From NCBI RefSeq assembly GCF_029946145.1, contig NZ_JAQSDY010000012.1, positions 178,806 to 242,805 of the forward strand: a stretch of 64,000 nucleotides of DNA, read 5' to 3'. A program made the translations under genes and the position numbers. This document shows, piece after piece, positions 35,706 to 45,870 of the stretch (position 1 is its first letter; the number at the start of each line of letters is the position of its first letter). Under the pieces are notes generated by a model, which searched no databases, was not told the DNA's origin, and was given only the letters and a program-made list of their open reading frames with translations. Source of the DNA: Brevundimonas sp. (lineage in GTDB: Bacteria > Pseudomonadota > Alphaproteobacteria > Caulobacterales > Caulobacteraceae).

Positions 35706-38054
35706 ATGAACAAGTCACACCTTAGGGGCGCCGCGTCGATGGGCTCCCTGCTACTGGCCCTGGCCGCCCACGGCGGCGCCATGGCCCAGGAGAGTCAGCA
35801 GTCGCAGCTGGACGACGTCGTGGTCACGGCCACGCGGCGCGCGCAGAGCGTGCTCGACGTGCCGTACAATATCTCTGCCGTGTCAGGCGAGGCGATCGAG
35901 GACGCCAAGATGACCGACGCCGCCGAGCTGATGCGCGGCATTCCAGGCGTGTCTGTGGTCGATCGCGGCTACCGCAATTCCGGTGTGATCAACAACGTCC
36001 TGATGCGCGGCATCAACGTCGACAGCAATGCGCTGGGCGACTACGCCGTCTCCAGCGTCGCGCCGGTCTCGACCTATATCAACGACACGCCGGTGTTCGC
36101 CGGCTTCCTGCTCAAGGACCTGGAACGCGTCGAGATTCTGCGCGGGCCGCAGGGCACCCTGTACGGCTCCGGGTCGCTCGGCGGCACCGTCCGCTACATC
36201 ACCCGCGCGCCGAAGCTCGGCGTCTTCGAGGGCGCGGCCAACCTGACCGGCAGCAATGTCAACGGCTCCGAAAGCATCGGCTGGGGCGCAGACCTGACCC
36301 TGAACGTGCCGCTGGGCGACACGCTCGCCTTCCGCGCGACGGTCACGCGGCTCGATTACCCGGGCCTCACCGACTACGTGAACCTCTATGTGCTCGACAG
36401 TACGGGCGCGCCGTCCGCGCCCGGCGGAATTCTGTCGCCGGACGCCGCCTACCGCAGCCAGGAAGACGCCGATACGGTCGACATCTGGTTCGGCCGGGCG
36501 GCCCTGCGCTGGGTTCCCAATGAGTGGTTCGACGCGACAGCCACCTACGCCCGGCAGTCGGACGAGATCGGTGGGCGGCGCCAGGTGACCCGCGGCGTCG
36601 ACGGTTTCGGCAACGCCTACGGCGACTACGAAAACGGCTCGGTCCAGCTGGAGCCGTCCTCCCGGGACGTGAGCCTGGGCAGCCTGGAAATGAACGTCGA
36701 CCTCGGCTTCGCCACCTTGACCTCCTCGACCTCGCACTACGAGCACGAGGGCAGCAGCGTCAGCGAGAACACCGGCTTCTACGCCAAGGCCGGCTTCCTC
36801 AGCTTCTATTATAATTATCCGCGTCCGATGGCCTCGGCCGAGCGCGCCTATTCGGACGAAGCGACCATCCAGGAACTCCGGCTGGTCTCCCGGACCGGCG
36901 GCGATTTCGACTATGTGGTCGGGGCCTTCTATAACGACAACACCCTGATCGTGACGCAGGACAGCTATCTGCGCGGGTTCAAGCGCTGGTGGGATCTCCT
37001 GACCGGCTTCCCGTCGGCCGTGTCAGGGGATCGGGACTTCATCTATCGCCGCCACGAAGAGTTCACCGACAAGGCGGTCTTCGGCGAGCTGACCTGGCAC
37101 GCCACCGACACCCTCGCCCTGACTGGCGGCGTCCGCTGGTTCGAGAACGAGGCGGTCAACAACACCTTCATCGACGTGCCGCTCTACACGTCCCTGAGCC
37201 AGCCGGTGACGGCGACGTTCCGCTCGTCCGAGAGCAAGGCGCTGTTCAAGGGCAACCTGTCCTGGGCCTTCAGCGACGACGGACTGTTCTATGCGACGGT
37301 GTCCGAAGGCTACCGCCGCGGCGGCTCCAACGCCGTGCCGCTGTCCGGCAATTTCGCCGAGGATCCGCGCTGGCAGGTCTACACCTCGGACTCGGTGGTC
37401 AACTACGAGGCCGGCGTCAAAGGCCGGCTCGGCTCCATCACCTATGACGCCGCGCTGTTCTACGTCGACTGGGAGGACATCCAGCTCAATACGGCCACGC
37501 CCGCCTGGGGCTTCTACGTGGTCCAGAACGGCGGCACGGCCCGGACCTACGGGCTCGAGACCGCCATCGACGGGCGGCCGACCGACGCCCTGCACTACAG
37601 CCTCGGCTACACCTATACCAACGCCCGGCTGAGCGAGAACGTGGTCAGTCCGCTTGGCACGATCCTCGCCCTGGACGGCGCGAGCCTTCCGGGCACGCCC
37701 GAGCACGCGATCACCGCGGCGGCGGACTACACCTGGCAGCTGGGCGGCGACGTCAATCTGGTCGCCCGGACCAGCGGCTACTACCAGTCGGGCACCCGCA
37801 ACGCGATCGGGGGGCCGACCTTCAACACCCCGCTCGCGGGCTTCCAGATCTGGAACGTCTCGGCGACCCTGGCGCGCGGGCCGTGGGCCGCGACCCTGTT
37901 CGTCAAGAACATCTTCAAAGAAGAGGGCGTGACCGGCGAGTTCACCGAGGCCTACATGGGCACGGCGCCCGCGGCGGGCTACTACGGCAACGGATCGAAG
38001 GAATTCATCTCGCTGCCGCGGACCATCGGCCTGTCGCTCGACTACAGCTTCTAG
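35706..38054 (+). CDS. TonB-dependent receptor
   Basis: Signal peptide, TonB box DDVVVTATRR, plug ERVEILRGPQGTLYG, C-terminal PRTIGLSLDYSF. Start ATG 35706. Confidence 0.95.
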   Translation: MNKSHLRGAASMGSLLLALAAHGGAMAQESQQSQLDDVVVTATRRAQSVLDVPYNISAVSGEAIEDAKMTDAAELMRGIPGVSVVDRGYRNSGVINNVLMRGINVDSNALGDYAVSSVAPVSTYINDTPVFAGFLLKDLERVEILRGPQGTLYGSGSLGGTVRYITRAPKLGVFEGAANLTGSNVNGSESIGWGADLTLNVPLGDTLAFRATVTRLDYPGLTDYVNLYVLDSTGAPSAPGGILSPDAAYRSQEDADTVDIWFGRAALRWVPNEWFDATATYARQSDEIGGRRQVTRGVDGFGNAYGDYENGSVQLEPSSRDVSLGSLEMNVDLGFATLTSSTSHYEHEGSSVSENTGFYAKAGFLSFYYNYPRPMASAERAYSDEATIQELRLVSRTGGDFDYVVGAFYNDNTLIVTQDSYLRGFKRWWDLLTGFPSAVSGDRDFIYRRHEEFTDKAVFGELTWHATDTLALTGGVRWFENEAVNNTFIDVPLYTSLSQPVTATFRSSESKALFKGNLSWAFSDDGLFYATVSEGYRRGGSNAVPLSGNFAEDPRWQVYTSDSVVNYEAGVKGRLGSITYDAALFYVDWEDIQLNTATPAWGFYVVQNGGTARTYGLETAIDGRPTDALHYSLGYTYTNARLSENVVSPLGTILALDGASLPGTPEHAITAAADYTWQLGGDVNLVARTSGYYQSGTRNAIGGPTFNTPLAGFQIWNVSATLARGPWAATLFVKNIFKEEGVTGEFTEAYMGTAPAAGYYGNGSKEFISLPRTIGLSLDYSF

Positions 38055-38055
38055 G

Positions 38056-39444
38056 ATGGACATGGCCAGCCTGGCGGCGGAAGACGATGCAATGGCGGCG
38101 CTGGGCGGGATCTCCCCGCTCATTCGTGACGGCCGCATCGGCGATGCCCTGTCCAGGCTGGTCGTGATCGAGGCGGGGGCGGGCGACGACGCCCGCCTGC
38201 TGCAGCACCTGGGCGAGCACTATACCCACTGCGGAAAGCCGGACGCCGCCGCCCGCTGCTACCGGCGCGCGGTCGCCTTGGCCCCTGACGATCCCGGCTG
38301 CCTCTACAATCTCTCCGCGGCGCTGATCGCGCTTGGACAGATCGTCGAGGCCGAGGCGCTGCTGGATCGGGTCATCGCCCTGGCTCCGCACGACGCCGAT
38401 GCCTGGCAGAACCGCTCGACGCTTCGTCGCCAGACCCCGGAAGCCAACCATGTTCCCGGCCTGCTGAAGGCTGTGGAACAGGTCCGGTCCGGGCCCGCCG
38501 AGGTCGCGCTCTGCTACGCCCTCGCCAAGGAACTGGAGGATCTGGGCGACCCGGATCACAGCTTCGCCTGGCTCAAGCGCGGCGCCGACCGGCGGCGCAG
38601 CCTGCTCAGCTACCGCGTCGAGGCGGATGTTGCGGCCATGGCGGAGATCGCCCGGGTGTTCGACACCGCCCTGTTCGACCACCCGCCGGCTGGTTGCCCG
38701 GAGACCGGTCCCGTCTTCGTGATGGGCCTGCCGCGCAGCGGCACCACCCTCGTAGATCGCATCATCAGCTCGCACAGCGATGTGGAGAGCCTGGGCGAGA
38801 TCAATGATTTCGCGCTCGCCCTGACGCGGCTGGCGGGGGCCGCGGGCGGCAAGGGCGACCTGATCCGCCGATCCGCCGATCTCGATCCGGCCGCGCTGGG
38901 CCGGGCCTATCTGGACAGCGTCGCCGGCTATGGCCGGACCCGGCCGATGTTCATCGACAAGACGCCGGCGAATTTTCTCTACATCGGCCTGATCACCCGG
39001 GCCCTGCCCAACGCCCGGATCATTCATCTGCGTCGTCATCCGCTCGACAGCGGCTATGCGCTGTACAAGACGCTGTTTCGCATGGGTTGCCCCTATTCCT
39101 ATGATCTGGAGGATCTGGCGGCCTATATGCTGGCGCATCGTCGCCTGATGGACCACTGGCGCGCGGTGGCGCCGGGCCGGATTCTGGACGTCGACTACGA
39201 GGCGCTGGTCGCCGATCAGGAAACCGTCAGTCGACGGATCATCGACCATTGCGGCCTCGACTGGCAGGACGCCTGCCTGACCTTCCACGAAAACACCGCG
39301 CCGGCCGCCACCGCCAGCGCGGCCCAGGTTCGCCAGCCGATCCATGCCCGATCCGTCGGCCTGTGGCGGCGGTACGCCGGCCAGCTTGAGCCTCTCGCCG
39401 TGGCGCTGAGAGCGGGCGGCGTCGATCCGATGGAGTTGGTCTGA
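38056..39444 (+). CDS. TPR-containing sulfotransferase
   Basis: N-terminal TPRs; PAPS 5'-PSB loop VMGLPRSGTTL, IDKTP, HLRRHPLD, QVRQPI. Confidence 0.9.
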   Translation: MDMASLAAEDDAMAALGGISPLIRDGRIGDALSRLVVIEAGAGDDARLLQHLGEHYTHCGKPDAAARCYRRAVALAPDDPGCLYNLSAALIALGQIVEAEALLDRVIALAPHDADAWQNRSTLRRQTPEANHVPGLLKAVEQVRSGPAEVALCYALAKELEDLGDPDHSFAWLKRGADRRRSLLSYRVEADVAAMAEIARVFDTALFDHPPAGCPETGPVFVMGLPRSGTTLVDRIISSHSDVESLGEINDFALALTRLAGAAGGKGDLIRRSADLDPAALGRAYLDSVAGYGRTRPMFIDKTPANFLYIGLITRALPNARIIHLRRHPLDSGYALYKTLFRMGCPYSYDLEDLAAYMLAHRRLMDHWRAVAPGRILDVDYEALVADQETVSRRIIDHCGLDWQDACLTFHENTAPAATASAAQVRQPIHARSVGLWRRYAGQLEPLAVALRAGGVDPMELV

Positions 39445-41615
39445 TGCGCAGTATCTGGCCGGGGGGCGTCGTCCTGACGACGGCCCTGACCCTCGCGACC
39501 TCCGCCCTGTCGGCGCCGATCTTCGTCGACGATTTCCAGGACGGCCAGGCGGACGGATGGGGCGCGGCCGGCGTCGGCGATGTGCGCCTGTCGACCTGGC
39601 AGGGCAATGTGGCGCTCCGGCTGACCGGCGGGGCCACCGCCACGACGTCCGTCTCGACTGCCGGATACGGGCAGGTGACGATCGCCGCCTCGCTGGCGGC
39701 CCTGTCGCTGAGCCGGAACGATGCCTGCGTCGCGGAAGTCTCCACGGATCTGGGCGCGACCTGGCGTGAGGTCGTCTCGGTCCGCGCCGGCGCCGACGAC
39801 GGCGTCACCCTGCACAGAGGAGAAACCGCGCCGACAGGCGCCGACGACAATCCTCGCCTGATGCTGCGTTTCAGGGCCGCCGGCGGCCGCGACGCCACCT
39901 GCTGGGGCGACGGCGTCACGGTCACCGGCCAGCCTCTCGTGGCTGCGACCGCCGCCTCGGCGGCGAGAACCGACCTGACCTTCGATACCCTGATGCCGGG
40001 GTCCGGTTTCGCCGCCCCCGTCGACCTGTCCGCCTTCGCCCCGCCGCCCGCCGCCGGGGCGCCGTCCGGGCGGCTCGAGGGACGGCTGATCCTGGACGTT
40101 TCCGGCGTCTCGCTGAACCTCACGGTGCTGAAGGACGACACCGCCGACACGGCCGCCGCCCGCGCCGCGCGGGCCACCCTGCCGGCCTTTGATTTCGCCT
40201 TCGTCCAGGAGGGGGCCGCCCTGATCCCGCTGCAGCGCGGACCCGTGGCCGCGACGCATTCCGAATGGGAGTGGGTGCTGGAACCCGGCCGGGTCTGGCG
40301 CGAGGAGGGCGACCACGGCTGGCTGCGGGCCGCCGTGCCGTTCGCCCTGGCGGAGCGCAACGCCAACTGTCTGCACAACGGGGTGCTGACCTTCCTGCTT
40401 CAGCCCGACGGCGCGGTGTCGCGGGTCGCCCTGGAAGTCGCCTCCGAGACCTGCGCCTATCTGAAGTTCGACGCCTGGGGCATGGCCCCCGCGCGCTTCG
40501 TCCCGGGGCCCGTGGCGGGGAGCGAGGCGGCGGCGACCGCCTGGCGCGAGGAGGTTGCGGCGCGTCTGCCGGTGCGGCCCGTCGCGGACCTCGCCGGCCT
40601 GTATCCGGGCGTCGACCTCGGGCGGCTTGATCTGATGACCCCGGCCGACGGCGATCCGGCTTCGGCCTGGGGTCTGGTCGTGGACGGCGTCCACTATGCC
40701 GGCCCCTGCCGGACCCGCCACGGGGACTATCCGTTCTGCGAGGTTCTGGCCCTGCCGTCCTATTCCACCGCCAAGTCGATCGTCGGCGGCGTCGGGCTGA
40801 TGCGGCTGGAAGCGATGTATCCGGGAACCGCCGCCGACCTCATCCGCGATCACGTGCCGGCCTGCGCGCGCGGCGAGGCCTGGGCCGGGGTGACGCTGGG
40901 CCATGCGGCCGACATGGCCACGGGAATCTACGGATCGACCGTCTTCGAGGCGGACGAGAACGCGCCTTCCATCCAGGCCTTCTTCGAGGCCCCCGATCAC
41001 GCCGCCAAGGTCGCCTACGCCTGCGGCGAATACCGGCGGCGAACCGGGCCGGGGCGCACCTTCGTCTATCACACGACCGACACCTATCTGCTGGGCGTCG
41101 CCATGGCCGATATCCTCGAGGACCGGACAGGGGGCGATCTCTACGACGATCTGGTCGCGCCGCTGTGGCGGTCGCTGAGCCTCAGCCCGACCATCCTGGA
41201 GACGCGCCGGACCGCCGACGCGGTGCGCCAGCCGTTCACCGGCTGGGGCCTGATCTATCACAGCGACGATATCGTCCGCGTCGCGGGGTGGCTCGACGAC
41301 GGGGCGCCGGTGGACGGACGTCCGGCGCTGGACGCGGCCATGCTCAAGGCGGCCCTGCAGCGCGATCCGGCCCCGGCCGGCCTTCCCGGCGGCGGCCCCG
41401 ACTACCGCTACAAGACCGGCTTCTGGGCCCGCAATCTGGCCGGGCCGCTCGGCTGCGACCAGCCGCTCTGGACGCCCTTCATGTCCGGATATGGCGGCAT
41501 CTCGGTGGTCATGCTGCCGGGTGAAATGACCTTCTACTATTTCGGCGACAGCGGGATCTTCGACTGGTCCCCGGCCGCGGTCGAAGCCGCGAAGATCAGG
41601 GGACTGTGCCGATGA
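39444..41615 (+). CDS. Secreted multidomain serine hydrolase (beta-lactamase/AmpC fold at the C-terminus)
   Basis: Signal peptide; YSTAKS (SxxK), FVYHT (YxN-equivalent), MSGYGG; about 430 aa of N-terminal beta-rich and middle domains. Confidence 0.75.
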   Translation: MRSIWPGGVVLTTALTLATSALSAPIFVDDFQDGQADGWGAAGVGDVRLSTWQGNVALRLTGGATATTSVSTAGYGQVTIAASLAALSLSRNDACVAEVSTDLGATWREVVSVRAGADDGVTLHRGETAPTGADDNPRLMLRFRAAGGRDATCWGDGVTVTGQPLVAATAASAARTDLTFDTLMPGSGFAAPVDLSAFAPPPAAGAPSGRLEGRLILDVSGVSLNLTVLKDDTADTAAARAARATLPAFDFAFVQEGAALIPLQRGPVAATHSEWEWVLEPGRVWREEGDHGWLRAAVPFALAERNANCLHNGVLTFLLQPDGAVSRVALEVASETCAYLKFDAWGMAPARFVPGPVAGSEAAATAWREEVAARLPVRPVADLAGLYPGVDLGRLDLMTPADGDPASAWGLVVDGVHYAGPCRTRHGDYPFCEVLALPSYSTAKSIVGGVGLMRLEAMYPGTAADLIRDHVPACARGEAWAGVTLGHAADMATGIYGSTVFEADENAPSIQAFFEAPDHAAKVAYACGEYRRRTGPGRTFVYHTTDTYLLGVAMADILEDRTGGDLYDDLVAPLWRSLSLSPTILETRRTADAVRQPFTGWGLIYHSDDIVRVAGWLDDGAPVDGRPALDAAMLKAALQRDPAPAGLPGGGPDYRYKTGFWARNLAGPLGCDQPLWTPFMSGYGGISVVMLPGEMTFYYFGDSGIFDWSPAAVEAAKIRGLCR

Positions 41616-42808
41616 CCGACGATGTTCTGGCCGCCGCGCCGCCGCGCCGCCGCCTGCCGCACATCCCCGAGGACAGCCTGCTGGCCAGCGTCCTGTTGTC
41701 CTTCCTGGCCACCGCCGGACTGTTCTATGTGAACATCATGGCCGCGCTGGTCGACGGCCTGATCAGCGGCGCCGGTCTGACGCCGAAGCAGGCGGGCCTG
41801 GTCGCCTCGGCCAATGTCTATGGCGCGGCGCTGGGCGCGCTGATCGCCGTCCTGATCATCCGCCGCCTGCCCTGGCGACCGACGGCCCTTTCGGTGTTGT
41901 GCGGTCTGATCGTCGTCGATCTGATCTCAACCCTGATCAAGGCGCCGGAGGCGTTGATCGGGTTGCGGTTCTTCCACGGCATGATCGGCGGCCTGCTCGT
42001 CGGGGTGGCTTTCGCGGTCATCGCGCGGACGAAGACCCCGGATCGCACCTTCGGCATGCTGCTGGTGGTCCAGTTCGGACTGGGCGGGCTCGGCCTGATG
42101 TTCCTGCCCAGGCTGGTGCCGGTCTTCGGTCATGGCGTGCTGTTCCTGGCGCTGGCCGCGTTCAGCGCCGTGACCCTGGCCATGACGCCGTTCCTGGGCG
42201 TCTATGCGCCCCGGCCGGCGCCTTCGCCGCTCGCCGCCAGGGCGGTGACCCGCTGGGTCCCGCTGATCCTCGCCTTTGCCGCGATCTTCCTGTTCCAGGC
42301 CGCCAACATGGGTCTGGCCGCCTACATCATCGGGCTGGGCAAGGCCGCGGGTCTGGGGCTCGGATTGATCACCGGCACCCTCGGCGCGGCCAACTGGATC
42401 GGCGCCCTCGGCTCCATGCTGGTGGTGGCGATCGGGGTCAGGTTCGGCCGCTTCTGGCCGCTGATGGCGGGACTGGCCCTGACCTTGGGCGGGACCTGGG
42501 CGTTCCATTTCAGCGGCCTGCCGTGGATTTTCCTGATCGCCAACATCGGGACGGCCGTCACCTGGGCCTTCGTCATCCCCTATCTGCTCGGCATGTGCGC
42601 CGCCTTCGACACGGTTGGCCAGATGGCGGCGCTGGGCGGCTTCTTCTCCAAGATGGGCCTGGCGTCCGGCCCTGCCCTGGCCGCTTTCGTCGTCGCCGGC
42701 GGGCGGTACGACGGCCTGATCAATCTGGCCGTGGCCGGCTTGTTGCTCAGCGGCCTGGCCTCGATCGCCCCGGCCCTGGCGCTGGACCGACAGCGTCCAC
42801 CGGCCTGA
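41612..42808 (+). CDS. MFS transporter
   Basis: About 12 hydrophobic segments; ATGA overlap with the hydrolase. Confidence 0.88.
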   Translation: MTDDVLAAAPPRRRLPHIPEDSLLASVLLSFLATAGLFYVNIMAALVDGLISGAGLTPKQAGLVASANVYGAALGALIAVLIIRRLPWRPTALSVLCGLIVVDLISTLIKAPEALIGLRFFHGMIGGLLVGVAFAVIARTKTPDRTFGMLLVVQFGLGGLGLMFLPRLVPVFGHGVLFLALAAFSAVTLAMTPFLGVYAPRPAPSPLAARAVTRWVPLILAFAAIFLFQAANMGLAAYIIGLGKAAGLGLGLITGTLGAANWIGALGSMLVVAIGVRFGRFWPLMAGLALTLGGTWAFHFSGLPWIFLIANIGTAVTWAFVIPYLLGMCAAFDTVGQMAALGGFFSKMGLASGPALAAFVVAGGRYDGLINLAVAGLLLSGLASIAPALALDRQRPPA

Positions 42809-42866
42809 TTCCCACCCTCAACGCGGTCCGCAACGACCGCCCCTTGTCCTTCGCCTATCGGAGCTG

Positions 42867-44156
42867 ATGCCCATGTCCACCAATGCTGACCTGCACGCCC
42901 GTCGCCTGGCCGCCGTGCCGCGCGGAGTCGCCACCGCCACCCAGATCTTCGCCGCCCGCGCCGAGAACGCCGAGCTGTGGGATGTCGAGGGCCGCCGCTA
43001 TGTCGATTTCGCCGGCGGCATCGCCGTCCTCAACACCGGCCACCGCCATCCCCGGGTGCTGGAGGCCGTGCGGGCGCAGTTGGAAGCCTACACCCACACC
43101 GCCTTCCAGGTGGTCGCCTATGAACCCTATGTCGAACTGGCCGAGCGGCTGAATGCGCTGGCCCCGTTCGACGGACCGGCCAAGACCATCTTCTTCACCA
43201 CCGGCGCCGAGGCGGTGGAGAACGCCGTGAAGATGGCCCGCGCCGCCACCGGCCGTTCCGCGGTCATCGCCTTCACCGGCGGCTTCCACGGCCGGACCCT
43301 GCTGACCATGGCCATGACCGGCAAGGTGGCGCCGTACAAGCGGCTGTTCGGCCCGCTGCCCGGCGAGGTGTTCCACGCCCCGTTCCCGGTTCCGCAGTAT
43401 GGCGTCACCGTCGAGGACAGCCTGCGGGCGCTGGACTTCCTGTTCCGGGCCGATGTCGAGCCGGAACGGGTGGCGGCGATCATCATCGAACCGGTGCAGG
43501 GCGAGGGGGGCTTCCAGCCGGCCCCGCCCGAACTGCTGCGGGCGCTGCGCGAGATCTGCGACCGGACCGGCATCCTGCTGATCTCGGACGAGGTGCAGGC
43601 CGGCTTCGCCCGCACCGGCAAGATGTTCGGCATCGAGCACAGCGGGGTGCAGCCGGACATGATCACCGTAGCCAAGTCGCTGGCCGGCGGCTTCCCCCTG
43701 TCCGGGGTCATCGGCCGGGCGGCGATCATGGATGCGGCCGAGCCCGGCGGGCTGGGCGGCACCTATGCCGGCCCGCCGATCGCCTGCGCCGCCGCCCTGG
43801 CGGTGCTGGATGTGATCGCGGACGAGAAGCTGATGGCCCGGGCCGACGCCCAGGGCGAGCGGATCAAGGGCCGGCTGCAGGCCATGAGCCGGCGCAACGA
43901 TCTGGTTCCCGTCACCGCCATTCGCGGTCCCGGCGCGATGGTCGGCTTCGACATCGTCCGGACGCACGGCGGCGGCGAGCCCGACGGCGCCGAGGCCAAG
44001 GCGGTGACCGTGCGCGCGCTGGAGAAGGGACTCATCCTCCTGTCCTGCGGCGTCTACGGCGAGACCATTCGCCTGTTGGCGCCCTTGACGACGCCCGACG
44101 CCATCCTCGACGAAGGGCTGGATATCCTGGAAGCCTCGCTGGAGCGTCTGTCTTGA
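42867..44156 (+). CDS. gabT: 4-aminobutyrate--2-oxoglutarate transaminase
   Basis: DFAGGIAVLNTGH, TTGAEAVENAVK, FHGRT, EPVQGEGGF, DEVQAGFARTG, VAKSLAGG. Confidence 0.93.
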   Translation: MPMSTNADLHARRLAAVPRGVATATQIFAARAENAELWDVEGRRYVDFAGGIAVLNTGHRHPRVLEAVRAQLEAYTHTAFQVVAYEPYVELAERLNALAPFDGPAKTIFFTTGAEAVENAVKMARAATGRSAVIAFTGGFHGRTLLTMAMTGKVAPYKRLFGPLPGEVFHAPFPVPQYGVTVEDSLRALDFLFRADVEPERVAAIIIEPVQGEGGFQPAPPELLRALREICDRTGILLISDEVQAGFARTGKMFGIEHSGVQPDMITVAKSLAGGFPLSGVIGRAAIMDAAEPGGLGGTYAGPPIACAAALAVLDVIADEKLMARADAQGERIKGRLQAMSRRNDLVPVTAIRGPGAMVGFDIVRTHGGGEPDGAEAKAVTVRALEKGLILLSCGVYGETIRLLAPLTTPDAILDEGLDILEASLERLS

Positions 44157-45655
44157 GCCATCCGCATGATCCGGCCGAGCGCGCGCGTCTGGCCCTCAAA
44201 CGCCCCGACCTGCTGCGCGAGGCGGCCTGGATCAACGGCGCCTGGGTGACCGGCGAGACGCTGATCGAGGTGACCAACCCGGCCACCGGCAAGGTGCTGG
44301 GCGTCGTCCCGGCGCTCGGCGAGGCGGAGACGCAGGACGCGGTGGCCGCCGCCGCCGCGGCCTTCCCGGCCTGGGCCGCGCGCTCGGCCCGGGAGCGGTC
44401 GCTGATCCTGCGCCGCTGGTACGAGCTGGTCATGGCCCACCGCGACGACCTCGCCCGGCTGATGACGGCCGAACAGGGCAAGCCGCTGGCCGAGGCCCAG
44501 GGCGAGGTGGCCTACGCCGCCGGCTTCATCGAGTGGTTCGGGGAAGAGGCACGTCGGGCCTATGGCGAGGTGATCCCCGGCCATCTGGCCGACAAGCGGA
44601 TCGTGGTGCTCAAACAGCCGGTGGGGGTCGTCGCCGCGGTGACGCCGTGGAATTTCCCCGCCGCGATGATCACGCGCAAGGTCGCCCCGGCCCTGGCCGC
44701 CGGCTGCACCGTGGTGCTCAAGCCGTCGGAGCTTACGCCCTTTTCGGCCCTGGCCCTGGCGGTGCTGGGCGAGGAGGCGGGGCTGCCGGCCGGGGTGTTC
44801 AACATCGTCACCGGTCCGCCGGCGCCGATCGGAGCCGTGCTGACCACCGATGCGCGGGTCGCCAAATTCACCTTCACCGGCTCGACCCCGGTGGGCAAGA
44901 TGCTGGCCGCCGCCTGCATGGGCACGGTCAAGCGGGTGTCGCTGGAGCTGGGCGGCAATGCGCCCTTCATCGTCTTCGACGACGCCGATCTCGACGCGGC
45001 CGTGGAGGGGGCGATCGCCTCGAAATTCCGCAACACCGGCCAGACCTGCGTCTGCGCCAACCGGCTGCTGGTCCAGTCGGGCATCCATGACGCCTTCGCC
45101 GCCCGGCTGGTGGCGCGGGTCGAGGCCCTGCGGGTCGGCGACGGGCTGGACGGTCCGACCGATCAGGGGCCGCTGATCAACGCCGCCGCCGTGGCCAAGG
45201 TGGAGGCGCACATCGCCGACGCCCTGGCCGGCGGGGCGGCCGTCATGACCGGCGGCGCGCGGCGCGGCGATCAGGGGACCTGGTTCGAGCCGACGGTGCT
45301 GTGCGATGTGGCGCCGGCGGCCTTGCTGAACCGGGAAGAGACCTTCGGGCCGGTCGCGGGCCTGGTGCGGTTCGAGACCGAGGCCGAGGTCCTGGCCATG
45401 GCCAATGACACCCGTGCAGGTCTGGCCTCCTACGTCTTCACCCGTGACCTCGACCGGGCCTGGCGGATGGGCGAGGGACTGCAGTACGGCATGGTCGGCC
45501 TGAACACCGGCCTGATCTCCACCGAGGTGGCCCCGTTCGGCGGGATCAAGGAATCGGGCCTCGGCCGCGAGGGTTCGCACTTCGGTCTGGATGAATATCT
45601 GGAGCTGAAGATGATGTGCCTGGGCCTGAGGCCGACCCAGCTTCAGGACTCATAG
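44153..45655 (+). CDS. gabD: NAD(P)-dependent succinate-semialdehyde dehydrogenase
   Basis: PWNFPAAMITRK, FTGST, ELGGNAP, SKFRNTGQTCVC, EETFGP, KESGLGREGS. Confidence 0.93.
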   Translation: MSHPHDPAERARLALKRPDLLREAAWINGAWVTGETLIEVTNPATGKVLGVVPALGEAETQDAVAAAAAAFPAWAARSARERSLILRRWYELVMAHRDDLARLMTAEQGKPLAEAQGEVAYAAGFIEWFGEEARRAYGEVIPGHLADKRIVVLKQPVGVVAAVTPWNFPAAMITRKVAPALAAGCTVVLKPSELTPFSALALAVLGEEAGLPAGVFNIVTGPPAPIGAVLTTDARVAKFTFTGSTPVGKMLAAACMGTVKRVSLELGGNAPFIVFDDADLDAAVEGAIASKFRNTGQTCVCANRLLVQSGIHDAFAARLVARVEALRVGDGLDGPTDQGPLINAAAVAKVEAHIADALAGGAAVMTGGARRGDQGTWFEPTVLCDVAPAALLNREETFGPVAGLVRFETEAEVLAMANDTRAGLASYVFTRDLDRAWRMGEGLQYGMVGLNTGLISTEVAPFGGIKESGLGREGSHFGLDEYLELKMMCLGLRPTQLQDS

Positions 45656-45870
45656 GATCTGAGCCACAGCCGGGGTGGTGCGAGCAGGACGGCGGCGCGG
45701 CAATGTGCGGGTAATCCCTGAATACGGGACCCGGCAGCTACCCGGGAAGTGCGTGGCGGTGCTGTCAGGCAAACGCTAAAAGGTCTCCGCTGAGTGGCTT
45801 GGAATAGTCGCTGAAGGCAGGGGACAAGCGGAGGATGCGGCGGGGCAGCGCTATTGAACCGCAGCCTTCT

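Noticed and set aside
45656-45870. Possible tRNA, att site or IS end at the left border of the aromatic island
   Set aside because: No cloverleaf or TTCGA arm, terminal inverted repeat, integrase or transposase seen.
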